A DNA stretch of 64,000 bases from Candidatus Obscuribacteraceae bacterium (GTDB taxonomy: Bacteria; Cyanobacteriota; Vampirovibrionia; Obscuribacterales; Obscuribacteraceae), in NCBI GenBank assembly GCA_044226015.1, contig JBGAHS010000002.1:39029-103028 (forward strand). The letters run 5' to 3'. Every line of letters begins with the position of its first letter. Within the stretch, counting starts at the first letter, position 1. The notes below the pieces were generated by a model that worked only from the letters and a program-made list of their open reading frames with translations, was not told the DNA's origin and did no database searches. The translations under genes were made by a program, and so were the position numbers. Below are positions 54,537 to 63,786 of the stretch, piece after piece.

Positions 54537-55268
54537 ATGATCCGAATAAAATCCATTCTCGTTATGGCAACACTATTGTGCACTGTTTCCGTTGACGTTA
54601 TTGCTTCTGCAGAAGATGAATCTGTCAATAAAACAAGCACTGAATCAAGCGAAGCAAAAGAGACAGCTGAGACAAAAGATGCCCCCGAGTCACTTCCTTC
54701 GCCATCTCAGGTTTTGAAAGGTGGTGTCAGAGGTTCGGCAATCAAGCTTGAAGAGGGGCTGGATATGATCGAACAGAGTGCAAGAATGGTCAAGGACCCC
54801 GCCCTTGAGATAGCAAAAGAGTGCACCAGAAAAGAAACTGCTGTCGCAAGAGGTCCGAATTACATTGGAAATGGCATTGTGATTCCAGCGATAGGCAATC
54901 CAAACGGTACCTTTCAGGTGGGAGAACTTCCCGCAAGAAAGGATCGCGTTGAGAACTTCATCGCATCAGCGGCCGATGCGGTAAAAGCTCTGAGAACTCA
55001 TGTCGATGGTTTGATTATTCCTGAAGGCTCCCCTGAAGAGATGACAAACCTCTGGAAAGGAATGCAAAGCACAATGCAAGCCGCAGAGAATAACATCGCG
55101 AGCATGAAAAGCCTACTCGATGAAACGCCGGTGAAAAAAGGCGAAATCAAGCAGAAAGATGCAAAGCCTCTCGGACGAGCTGCTATGAAAATCTATGATT
55201 CTATGACAGCACTTGAAAAAATCAGAGCGCAGCTAGACGATATGGTGAAGCCCGAATTGAAGAAATAG
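54537..55268 (+). CDS. secreted hypothetical helical protein
   Basis: Signal peptide MIRIKSILVMATLLCTVSVDVIASA, then an E/S/T-rich linker. No recognisable domain. Confidence 0.6.
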   Translation: MIRIKSILVMATLLCTVSVDVIASAEDESVNKTSTESSEAKETAETKDAPESLPSPSQVLKGGVRGSAIKLEEGLDMIEQSARMVKDPALEIAKECTRKETAVARGPNYIGNGIVIPAIGNPNGTFQVGELPARKDRVENFIASAADAVKALRTHVDGLIIPEGSPEEMTNLWKGMQSTMQAAENNIASMKSLLDETPVKKGEIKQKDAKPLGRAAMKIYDSMTALEKIRAQLDDMVKPELKK

Positions 55269-55318
55269 GATTGATTCGTTCCCGCAAAGTCTCCCCAGAT
55301 TTACGGGACGAATCAATC
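55269..55318. terminator. long hairpin between convergent genes (possible bidirectional terminator)
   Basis: GATTGATTCGTTCCCG (55269-55284) pairs with CGGGACGAATCAATC (55304-55318), one bulge and a 19-nt loop. Sits between stops at 55268 (+) and 55333 (-). Confidence 0.5.
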
Positions 55319-55332
55319 GAGGACCAGATCTG

Positions 55333-55827
55333 CTAGCGAATAACCTCCTTCACGGTTCCGGTACCTCCCAAAACGTGACCATTGGATAGTGCACCAAACT
55401 CACAGGCGCCTCTAGCACGCAGCACTTTCAGTCTCACTGACTCATGCCCACTTAATTCAAGCCTCTTGAGACTTTCAACGGCAGTGTTCTTCTGAGACTT
55501 GCCAGGTCCAGTCGCAATTTTAGAATAGACAGCTTCTTCAGAATCTGTGGACTCTACGCTGCCACCTTTTGACTCGGATGGCTCAGAGCTAGCTCCAAGC
55601 GAGTCGCTTCCGAAATCTACTTCAGCGGGCTCAATAAACATCACCTGACGACCCTTGCTTTCGCGCGCTCTTCCAAAATAATTTCTGCCCGAAGAAATCG
55701 GAACCCTCACCAGTAACAAGCGCGGTTGCGGACACAACCATGCCACCGAATACGGTATCGCACTAAATATGCCAAAAACGCGAGCAAGCAGATCTTTTGT
55801 GGAATTACCTTTTGGGCGTTTTTCCAT
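55333..55827 (-). CDS. hypothetical protein
   Basis: AGGAGGT lies 4 nt before ATG 55827 (MEKRPKGNSTKDLL...). 164 aa with an S/E-rich middle. No family recognised. Confidence 0.5.
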   Translation of the reverse strand: MEKRPKGNSTKDLLARVFGIFSAIPYSVAWLCPQPRLLLVRVPISSGRNYFGRARESKGRQVMFIEPAEVDFGSDSLGASSEPSESKGGSVESTDSEEAVYSKIATGPGKSQKNTAVESLKRLELSGHESVRLKVLRARGACEFGALSNGHVLGGTGTVKEVIR

Positions 55828-56251
55828 ATGACCTCCTATACAACACCTGATATCTAGAAGCACAACACAATCTTGCTCCTATCTCTAAAACGTAATCGGA
55901 CCCAAAAAAGTTCAATCAAAAAGCAGCTTGAGATCTTGATTTAATTTAGATAGAAATTCACAGCGTTTTTCTGTTCTCAGGCAGCTTTTTCAAGGGACAA
56001 AGTTACTCCTGCTCTCAGTGAGTTGTTGTTGCTTCATTTGCTGTGCATGCATTCTTACTTCAAGAAAAATGGAATTGCATGATTCTAAGTTGCAATGATT
56101 TGCTTTCAGTTCTGTTAGTGCCTGCACCTTCCTGTAAATGCATTCGCTTACCTCAATACAGCCACTAAAATGTACGGTCTTATTTTCAATATCCAGCAAC
56201 TGAAATTTGCGGAGCAAAAAAGGGCATAAACCATGCATAAAAGGTATCGCT

Positions 56252-56878
56252 GTGAACACTAAGAAAAAAAGGCGCAAAAAGAAGCAACTGCCTCCTGTAT
56301 TGCAGGATTGGCTGGATGAAATTCAAGATTGGTCTACCGGGCGAATCTGGTGGCCCAGATTGATTCTTCTGTTCTTTTTCCTGCACTTGCTGGTCTCACA
56401 CATTAAAGACCCGATGTATAGCGACATCTTTAAGGGGCTAAACCTTGGAATTCACGAGATAGGGCACATGGTTTTCAATCCCTTCGGCGAATTCATGACT
56501 ATTGCTGGAGGTTCACTGCTACAGTGCCTTGTGCCGCTTCTTTCAACCTTTATGTTCTTTCGCCAGCGCGACTATTTTGGAATAACGGTTTGTTTTGCCT
56601 GGCTGTCCACAAATCTCTTCGACGTCGCGGTATATGCCGATGACGCACGCGCCCTCGCGCTGCCGCTGGTTACGCCATTTAAGGGCGATGAGACAATCCA
56701 CGACTGGAATTTCATGCTCGATAAGCTCGACCTGATGGCTTATGACCATAACATCGCCGGTATTTTGCGCCTTGCGGCAATTGTCTCCATGCTTTTCTCC
56801 ATCGCCAGCGGATTTTATCTGGTCCTTCTAATGATGCAAAATCCAAAAACCAATACCGCAGCCGAGCAAGAGCCTTAA
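56252..56878 (+). CDS. polytopic membrane protein with HExxH motif (putative intramembrane zinc metallopeptidase)
   Basis: K/R-rich N-terminus, TM segments, and LNLGIHEIGHMVFNPFGEF inside a hydrophobic region. The start is probably GTG 56252 (AAGGT 6 nt upstream). The ORF-track start is TTG 56207. Confidence 0.55.
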   Translation: MNTKKKRRKKKQLPPVLQDWLDEIQDWSTGRIWWPRLILLFFFLHLLVSHIKDPMYSDIFKGLNLGIHEIGHMVFNPFGEFMTIAGGSLLQCLVPLLSTFMFFRQRDYFGITVCFAWLSTNLFDVAVYADDARALALPLVTPFKGDETIHDWNFMLDKLDLMAYDHNIAGILRLAAIVSMLFSIASGFYLVLLMMQNPKTNTAAEQEP

Positions 56879-56980
56879 CGCCTAAATTAAACGGAAGGCT
56901 TTCAATGGGAGATCTACGGTAGACCGCCTTAGAAATCTTACATATACTTTTGCCAGGATGGGAATCGGGAGCCCTCGCTG

Positions 56981-58159
56981 GTGAATACGCACATAGAACA
57001 TTTTTCGTCTGGCGCGGCATCACATGATGCCTCAGATGCATTACGCGCAGATTTTTTCAGTTCAGTAATCGAAAAGGCAATGGCACCATCAGATGCGCCA
57101 GCAGCACCGGCAGCACCTGCAGGCATGGATGCCGGCGCATGGTCGCAAATCAATGCCATGGTCGCAGCTGGAAAACAGGTCAATTTCACAACTGCTGGAG
57201 ACAACGTAGTACCTGATTTCATCATGGGTGCAGACGGCAAACTCGCTCCAAACCCTGCAAAAACAACACCGAATGCTGACGGCTCGGTCTCAATTCAAGT
57301 TGAAAATTCTCAAGGCAAAGAAGCAGCGATGAAAGCTGCAAAAGACTACCAGGTGTCAGTAATTCAAAGCCAGATTGCATACTGGCAGGCAGCACATCCT
57401 GGCGAAAAGGACATTCCAAATCATTTGAAGGGCGCACTTCACGCAGCGCAGACAGCAGCGTCAGCTCCTCCAGAGCAAGCACAACTGCAACCGCAACAAC
57501 AAGCTCCGAAAGCAGTCGATGCGCCAGCACCAGTCAGTTCACCCGTAAATTATGGTGCACCAGGCTCGCAAAGCATTGGCGACAGAAACATTGGACCTGC
57601 GCCTAGCGGCGGGTACAGACCAGGTAGCTTCGAACCAAACGGTCCTATCGACAGAAGTGTAGTACCACCACCGGTGGCAGGCGACCTCAACATCAAAGGA
57701 CCGCCCTCCTGCAACGTCGAACAAATCCAGAATTTCTTAGACCGCATTGGCTCACCAGCTGCGAAAGAACAAGGCTTCTCTCAAGCCCTTTATGATGCGT
57801 GCACCCAGCGCGGCATTGACCCAGCAGTCGCAGTAGGTTTCTTCTTGCAAGAATCAACCTGCGGAAGATATGGACGGGCACACGAAAACCACAGTTTCGG
57901 CAACATCAAAGGTGTTTCGCCTGAGTCGCACCAAACAGATGGAACGTTCCGTCGTTATGAATCATGGGCAGAAGGAGCTCGCGATTGGGCTCGCTTGATT
58001 GACGAATCTTACGTTCAAAAACGTGGCTTACAAACAATGTCTCAGGTCATTAGTGTATACGCTCCTGGCAGTGACGGAAATAACGAGCGTGGTTATGTTG
58101 CTACAGTTAAGGGCGTTGTCGAGAACTTCAAGAAGCAGAACAACGTCGCTACCGCATAG
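56981..58159 (+). CDS. GH73-type N-acetylglucosaminidase-domain protein with long A/P/Q-rich N-terminal region
   Basis: The C-terminal GIDPAVAVGFFLQESTCGRYGRAHENHSFGNIKG...FRRYESWAEGARDWARLI matches the mannosyl-glycoprotein endo-beta-N-acetylglucosaminidase pattern (catalytic E in LQES). No signal peptide seen. Confidence 0.7.
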   Translation: MNTHIEHFSSGAASHDASDALRADFFSSVIEKAMAPSDAPAAPAAPAGMDAGAWSQINAMVAAGKQVNFTTAGDNVVPDFIMGADGKLAPNPAKTTPNADGSVSIQVENSQGKEAAMKAAKDYQVSVIQSQIAYWQAAHPGEKDIPNHLKGALHAAQTAASAPPEQAQLQPQQQAPKAVDAPAPVSSPVNYGAPGSQSIGDRNIGPAPSGGYRPGSFEPNGPIDRSVVPPPVAGDLNIKGPPSCNVEQIQNFLDRIGSPAAKEQGFSQALYDACTQRGIDPAVAVGFFLQESTCGRYGRAHENHSFGNIKGVSPESHQTDGTFRRYESWAEGARDWARLIDESYVQKRGLQTMSQVISVYAPGSDGNNERGYVATVKGVVENFKKQNNVATA

Positions 58160-58324
58160 AATTCAAGAGATAAAGGCAAATAAAACATCTACTACTTTTC
58201 CAGTAGTAAGTACCTGTTCACGGCGCTTTCGGGCATTTCCTGGCAAATGATTGAACAGTTTTTAAGCGGAACACTAACCTTTGCATCCATAATATAGACG
58301 TTCGTTTTTGGAGACAGACGCATT

Positions 58325-58768
58325 ATGGACGGTTCACGCCCAATTTCCCGCAAAAGATTAGCTATGCTTCTGGCACTTATTGCCACTGTCGGCATTGTCG
58401 TGTGCGCATCAGTTTTCTACATCAATCAGTCAACCAAAAAACAACTAGCTGACTCAGCTGAGACCACTGAGTTAAAACCAGCAACTGCAACCGAAGCCGC
58501 CGCTCCAACCGTAGCTGCGTCACCCGAACCTGCAGAAGAGAACAAAGAGATTTTTATTGACCATGCACAAGTGCAAGAGTCGCCAAAGAAGGTCACTCCG
58601 AAGCGCTTTAAGAATCGTCGTAACAGCATAGCGATGAAGTTTCCAGCACCACCTGTAACACCATCAGCTTCAAATATGACTTCTGCAAATGGTGGAGAAG
58701 TTGAGATGTGGGCAGGGGACAAACGCACTTTTGTGTCTGTTCCACCCGGCACCAAATTCGAAGACTAA
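58325..58768 (+). CDS. membrane-anchored hypothetical protein
   Basis: N-terminal anchor LAMLLALIATVGIVVCASVFYI followed by an A/T/E/P-rich region. 147 aa. Confidence 0.5.
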   Translation: MDGSRPISRKRLAMLLALIATVGIVVCASVFYINQSTKKQLADSAETTELKPATATEAAAPTVAASPEPAEENKEIFIDHAQVQESPKKVTPKRFKNRRNSIAMKFPAPPVTPSASNMTSANGGEVEMWAGDKRTFVSVPPGTKFED

Positions 58769-58915
58769 CCCAATCAAATAAACCGGAAACGAGGCAGTCA
58801 CTGAATGCTTGCGAATCCTCTTTGTACACTAAATTGAGGAAGCCTTAGAATCAAACGTGTAAGTAATTCTAAAGGCTCAATCAGAGTCCGTCCATGTATT
58901 GAAGAGTAAACCGAG

Positions 58916-61414
58916 CTACTCTTCTTTCTTTTCTTCTTCAGTTTCATTCAAATCAAAATCAAGACGAACTTTGAATTCGGCGTTGAGTACCAGCCGTGCA
59001 TCATATGTTCCATCTCCAGATTTCTTCTTGAATCCTTTGATTACAGATGTTCTTTTCTTCTGAACAAGTTCTTTCATCTGTGCTTCCGAAATTGTTTTTC
59101 CATACATTTCGTTCCAGAGACCGAACTTGCAACCTTCGCGCCAGCGCGTGCATCCGGCACCCTTCGGTGTCGCGCGCACTACACCTTCCTGACACTGCGG
59201 ACAGGGGCCAAGCCCAGCGTCATCAATATCAAATCTAACTTTAAAGTCTTCCGTCAGTACCAACTGCGCATCAAAAGTGCCTTCGCCCGACTTCTTTTTG
59301 AAGCCTTTAATGACTTTTGTTTTTCCGTTTTTGATCAGCTCTTTTATTTGAGCTTCACTGAGAGTTTTGCCGCTCACTTCGCCCCATACGGAGAAGTTGC
59401 ATCCCTCTCTCCAACGATTGCATCCAGCACCTTTTGGAGTTGGTCTGACAATGCCAGAACGACACTGCGGGCAAGACGCTATACCGTCAGGAAGGTCTTT
59501 GGGGTTTGATTTTTTCGCATTTGGATCAGGCACAAAAGCTGGTCGTTTCGACGTTGTGACATCGGGAAGCAAGCCAGAAACAAAAGTAGCTATGTCTCCT
59601 TCAAACTTGTTGAGTTGAAGTTTGCCATCCTGCATATCTGCTAACTGTTGCTCCCAAGACGCAGTTAAGGCAACGTCCTTCAAGTCTTTATGCACCTGCG
59701 AAATAAGGGCTCTTCCTTTTTCAGTCGGAACAAGCCACTTCTTGTTTCGCTCAATATAGTTTGAGGCAAGAAGTCTCTCGATTATCGCTGCACGAGTTGC
59801 TGGAGTTCCTAACCCCTTTTGCTTCATGTAGCTGGCAAGGTCTTCATCGTCAAGTTCCTGGCCAGCATTCTTCATAGCAGTAAGCAAACTGGCATCATCA
59901 TAAGGTTTCGGTGGGGTGGTCTTTCCTTCCTTTAGCTCAGATTTTCGCTTTGGAACAAGCTGGTCTTTCGCGAGTGCAGGAAGCTGCTGGCTCTCTTCAC
60001 CATCTTTGTCCTTCTCTTTTTTCGCCTTGCCTTTACCTTTTTCCTCTTTGTCCTCTGACTTAGGCTCAACAATAGTCCAACCAACATCCTTTATCACGAT
60101 GCCTTTAGCGCGGAACGAATGCTCAGCAAGTTTGATGATAACGGTCGTTTCGTCACGAATTTCAGGAGGCAAGAAAATAGCCAAAAATCTGGTGGCAACA
60201 AGCTGATATACGTTGCGTTGCTTCTCCGGAAGATTGTTAGGCGGCGAGTTATAGGTTGGAATAATAGCGTGGTGATCAGTTAGCTTAGTGTCGTCGACAT
60301 AAGCTTTTCCGAGTTTCGGGCGAATAAGATCTCCGGTGATTTTTCCGGGCTCTAATGATTCATTCTTGAATGCTTCACGAACCTCTTTGCTGGTGCTGGA
60401 AATATTCAAAACCGTAGTCAAAATGCGTGGCAACTCATCGACCATGTCGTTTGAAATATGACGTGACTCAGTTCTCGGATAACTGATTAGTTTGTACTCT
60501 TCATACAAACTCTGTGCAATATTCAACGTTTCCTGGGCAGTGTATCCAAAGCGCTTGTTGGCGTCTTTTTGTAGAGTCAACAAATCGTACAGCGCTGGTG
60601 CCTTAGTTCGTTTCTCAGAAGTAATGACAGAACTGACTTGCCCCTCTTTGATCGGATTAACCGCAGCAAGAATAGCTTCAGCTGCAGCTTTGTCGTTGAG
60701 TCGAGTCTGCGGCTCTGCTCCAGGTGTTATAAACCGAGCAACGAACCCTGGCTCAAAAGTAGCCAGAATTTCGTAGAACTGATTTGACTTGAAATTGTCG
60801 ATAGCAGCCTGTCTTTCTACGATAAGAGAAAGCGTAGGAGTTTGAACTCTACCTATCGTGCATAACGAACGATTAATGCTTGTGTAAGCACGGGTAAAAT
60901 TCAGCCCCACAATCCAGTCAGCATGAGCACGGGCGGTCGCTGCATTTGCAAGATTGTCGAACTCTTTGGATGACTTCAGCTTCCGCAAGCCATCTTTAAT
61001 TGCATCTGGTGTCAACGAACTTATCCAGAGTCGCTCAACACTTTTACTTGAACCACTCAATTTATAGATGAGTCGAAAAATGTGCTCACCTTCTCGCCCC
61101 GCGTCAGTCGCGCATATGATCGAAGTAGTGGCAGGGTCAGAAAATAGCTTTTTGATTACGTTGAACTGCGCAGATGCTTTATCTGCGATCCGGTATTTCC
61201 AGTTATCAGGAATCATCGGGAGTTGATCTATTCGCCATGGCTTTCCCCAGCCAGGGTTCATTTCCTCTGGCTCTGCGATCGTCACAAGGTGCCCGAACGC
61301 GTAAGTCACGGCAAAATTATTGCCTTCAAAATAGCCGTCTTTCTTCGTGTTCGCACCTACGACAGAAGCGATATCACGAGCAACCGACGGTTTTTCTGCA
61401 AGAACAACTTTCAT
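58916..61414 (-). CDS. topB: DNA topoisomerase III with two C-terminal zinc-ribbon repeat modules
   Basis: MKVVLAEKPSVARDIA, AFGHL, TDAGREGE (Toprim) and active-site ISYPRTESR. Two modules of about 90 aa, CPQC...GAGC.RWREGC. GGGGAGA SD before ATG 61414. Confidence 0.9.
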   Translation of the reverse strand: MKVVLAEKPSVARDIASVVGANTKKDGYFEGNNFAVTYAFGHLVTIAEPEEMNPGWGKPWRIDQLPMIPDNWKYRIADKASAQFNVIKKLFSDPATTSIICATDAGREGEHIFRLIYKLSGSSKSVERLWISSLTPDAIKDGLRKLKSSKEFDNLANAATARAHADWIVGLNFTRAYTSINRSLCTIGRVQTPTLSLIVERQAAIDNFKSNQFYEILATFEPGFVARFITPGAEPQTRLNDKAAAEAILAAVNPIKEGQVSSVITSEKRTKAPALYDLLTLQKDANKRFGYTAQETLNIAQSLYEEYKLISYPRTESRHISNDMVDELPRILTTVLNISSTSKEVREAFKNESLEPGKITGDLIRPKLGKAYVDDTKLTDHHAIIPTYNSPPNNLPEKQRNVYQLVATRFLAIFLPPEIRDETTVIIKLAEHSFRAKGIVIKDVGWTIVEPKSEDKEEKGKGKAKKEKDKDGEESQQLPALAKDQLVPKRKSELKEGKTTPPKPYDDASLLTAMKNAGQELDDEDLASYMKQKGLGTPATRAAIIERLLASNYIERNKKWLVPTEKGRALISQVHKDLKDVALTASWEQQLADMQDGKLQLNKFEGDIATFVSGLLPDVTTSKRPAFVPDPNAKKSNPKDLPDGIASCPQCRSGIVRPTPKGAGCNRWREGCNFSVWGEVSGKTLSEAQIKELIKNGKTKVIKGFKKKSGEGTFDAQLVLTEDFKVRFDIDDAGLGPCPQCQEGVVRATPKGAGCTRWREGCKFGLWNEMYGKTISEAQMKELVQKKRTSVIKGFKKKSGDGTYDARLVLNAEFKVRLDFDLNETEEEKKEE

Positions 61415-61750
61415 TGTGTTCTCCCCGGTTGATTTTGCGTCAGTAAAGATAACCGAACAAACCAAGTTAGGCTACTCCACTCGATCGATATATCACAGAT
61501 AGAGATCAGGCAGCCACAGAAAAACAAGAAATTGAGGGGCGAAAGTCCTTGTACACACAGGGTTTACAGCAGCAAAATTCGCACGCATATTTAAGCTTTC
61601 CCTCCTTAGATTTAGTTGAAGGAAAGCGCGAAAAATTCTTCTAACTTGCATTAAAGGGCGGGTTGATCGTCCCTATCCATGAATACAAGCAGGAACAGAC
61701 AAGCCACAGCTTGGAAATATACACTTCAAGTTGCAGTATTAAAGAGCGGA

Positions 61751-62062
61751 CTAAAGAATGCCTAATTCCATACGAGCGTCTTCTGTAGCCATAGTCTTTG
61801 GATCCCAACGGGGAGTCCAAACTAGTTCGACTTTGACTTCTTTTGCCCAGGGCAATTTTTTCACAGCTTGATGTACTTGCGCTTGAATTACCGGACCCAC
61901 TGGGCAAGCTGGGCTAGTAAGAGTCATGCGAACATGCACATCACTTTCGTTGCTGACTTCGACACCATAAATCAAACCAAGCTCAACAATGCTGACCCCA
62001 ATTTCAGGGTCGAGAATCGTTCTGATGGTTTCCATTACGAGATCTTCTTTTAGTGAGGACAT
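61751..62062 (-). CDS. DUF59 / SufT-like Fe-S cluster assembly protein
   Basis: ILDPEIGVSIVELGLIY...VRMTLTSPACP is the DUF59 signature. Lies 13 nt downstream of sufU. Confidence 0.85.
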   Translation of the reverse strand: MSSLKEDLVMETIRTILDPEIGVSIVELGLIYGVEVSNESDVHVRMTLTSPACPVGPVIQAQVHQAVKKLPWAKEVKVELVWTPRWDPKTMATEDARMELGIL

Positions 62063-62075
62063 ATCCCTTCTCCAC

Positions 62076-62558
62076 TTACTCAGTACTTACGGTTTTTGGA
62101 CCTTCTTTAACACCCTTTACCTGCGCTTCAGCACAGCGCAATCCTTCAATTAGCGTATTCCATGGCAATAGAGCGCATTTAATTCGCACAGGGTACTTCT
62201 TAACGCCCTGGAGAGCTTCGATTTCCTCAAACTCTTCTGGAAGCTCAATTGCTTCCTGCTTCATCATCATGCTTTTGAAATTCTCAATCAGCTCCGAAAC
62301 ATGCTCAACAGGCTGACCTTTAACCGCTTCTGTCATCATAGAGCAGGATGCAGTATTTATAGAGCAGCCGCGGGACTTGATTGAAACATCTTGGACCTTG
62401 CCGTCTTTCACATCTAGATAGAGAACAAGCTCATCACCGCACAGGGGATTCACGCCCTCAATAGAGAGAACCGAATCTCCCTCTAAAACGCCATTATTGC
62501 GAGGATTGTGATAATGATCGAGAATCGTCTCTCGATATAACTCATCTGAAAGCGACAT
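62076..62558 (-). CDS. sufU: SufU-type (zinc-dependent) sulfur acceptor / Fe-S scaffold-like protein
   Basis: ILDHYHNPRN, NPLCGDEL, SRGCSINTAS and RIKCALLPW. Likely start ATG 62558 (MSLSDELY), overlapping the sufS stop. Confidence 0.85.
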   Translation of the reverse strand: MSLSDELYRETILDHYHNPRNNGVLEGDSVLSIEGVNPLCGDELVLYLDVKDGKVQDVSIKSRGCSINTASCSMMTEAVKGQPVEHVSELIENFKSMMMKQEAIELPEEFEEIEALQGVKKYPVRIKCALLPWNTLIEGLRCAEAQVKGVKEGPKTVSTE

Positions 62559-63786
62559 GACCAAATACCTTTTGAACTTTTTTGAGTGATTCAATCAACA
62601 TATCTACTTCTTCTTTCAGAGTGTAGATATAGAAGCTTGCACGTGCCGTACCCATCACATCAAGATCGCGCATTAGCGGCTGGCAGCAATGATGCCCAAC
62701 CCTTATAGCCACGCCATCTTCATTGACGATTTGCCCTACGTCGTGAGGGTGCAGTCCTTTCAAATTGAACGAAATAACTCCGCCGCGGTCAGCCGCATTT
62801 TTGGGACCATATACGGTGGCATCTTCCAGTTCTGCAAATTTGCTGAGCGCATACTGCGTCAGCTCAATTTCATGAGCGCGAACGTTCTCCATTCCTATTG
62901 ATTTCAAATAATCGATAGCAACACCAGACGCTATCACGTCGGCGATGTTTGGTGTTCCAGCCTCAAACTTCCATGGCAGTTGATTTGGAGTGAAACGATC
63001 TCTCCAGACCATGCTTATCATGTCACCGCCACCCATTACTGGCGGCATAGCGTCGAGAAGATCGAACTTCCCGTACAACACACCGACACCTGTTGGACCA
63101 CACATTTTGTGCATCGAAAGCACTAAGAAGTCGCAATCGATTTCTTTGACGTTTGTTGGAATGTGCGGCACACCCTGAGCACCATCAACAAGAACCTTAG
63201 TTCCGTTTGCGTGTGCTAGCCTGCAAACTTCAGAAAGCGGAACAATAGTTCCCAAAACGTTCGACATCTGAGTAATCGCCAGCAACTTGCTACGCGAGTT
63301 TAATATGGATTTGAGTGAGCCCAGGTCAAGCAATCCATCTTCAGTCAAACTCAAGAATACAAGTTTGGCACCCTTTTCTTTTGCCAACATCTGCCAGGGC
63401 ACCAGATTTGAATGGTGCTCAAGCGGGCTAAGAACGATCTCGTCGCCCTCTTTGATATTTTCTCGTCCCCAGCTCTGAGCAACAAGATTGATTGCTTCAG
63501 TGGCGTTACGAGTAAAAATAACTTCTCTAGTATCAGTGATGCCGATGAAATCAGCCACTTTCTTACGGACATTCTCGAACGCCTCAGTAGCTTCTTCAGA
63601 AAGCGTGTGGATGCCGCGATGAATATTGGCATTGTAGTGCGAATAATATTGCGTAAGCGCATCGATAACAATCTGAGGCTTCTGAGAAGTCGCAGCGCTA
63701 TCAAGATAAACAAGGGGCTTCCCGTCAATCACTCTTTCCAAGATAGGAAAGTCTTTTCTGATCTTTATAAAATCAACTTTTTCCAT
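62542..63786 (-). CDS. sufS: cysteine desulfurase, SufS type
   Basis: YLDSAATSQKP, ANIHRGIH, LSMHKMCGPTGVG (PLP Lys) and RVGHHCCQP (active-site Cys loop). Likely start ATG 63786. Confidence 0.9.
   Translation of the reverse strand: MEKVDFIKIRKDFPILERVIDGKPLVYLDSAATSQKPQIVIDALTQYYSHYNANIHRGIHTLSEEATEAFENVRKKVADFIGITDTREVIFTRNATEAINLVAQSWGRENIKEGDEIVLSPLEHHSNLVPWQMLAKEKGAKLVFLSLTEDGLLDLGSLKSILNSRSKLLAITQMSNVLGTIVPLSEVCRLAHANGTKVLVDGAQGVPHIPTNVKEIDCDFLVLSMHKMCGPTGVGVLYGKFDLLDAMPPVMGGGDMISMVWRDRFTPNQLPWKFEAGTPNIADVIASGVAIDYLKSIGMENVRAHEIELTQYALSKFAELEDATVYGPKNAADRGGVISFNLKGLHPHDVGQIVNEDGVAIRVGHHCCQPLMRDLDVMGTARASFYIYTLKEEVDMLIESLKKVQKVFGHVAFR

Noticed and set aside
55990-56277. 95-aa minus-strand Cys-containing ORF between the 55827 and 56252 genes
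   Set aside because: Its longest form overlaps the divergent 56252 gene start. It has no SD or recognisable domain, so it is left uncalled.
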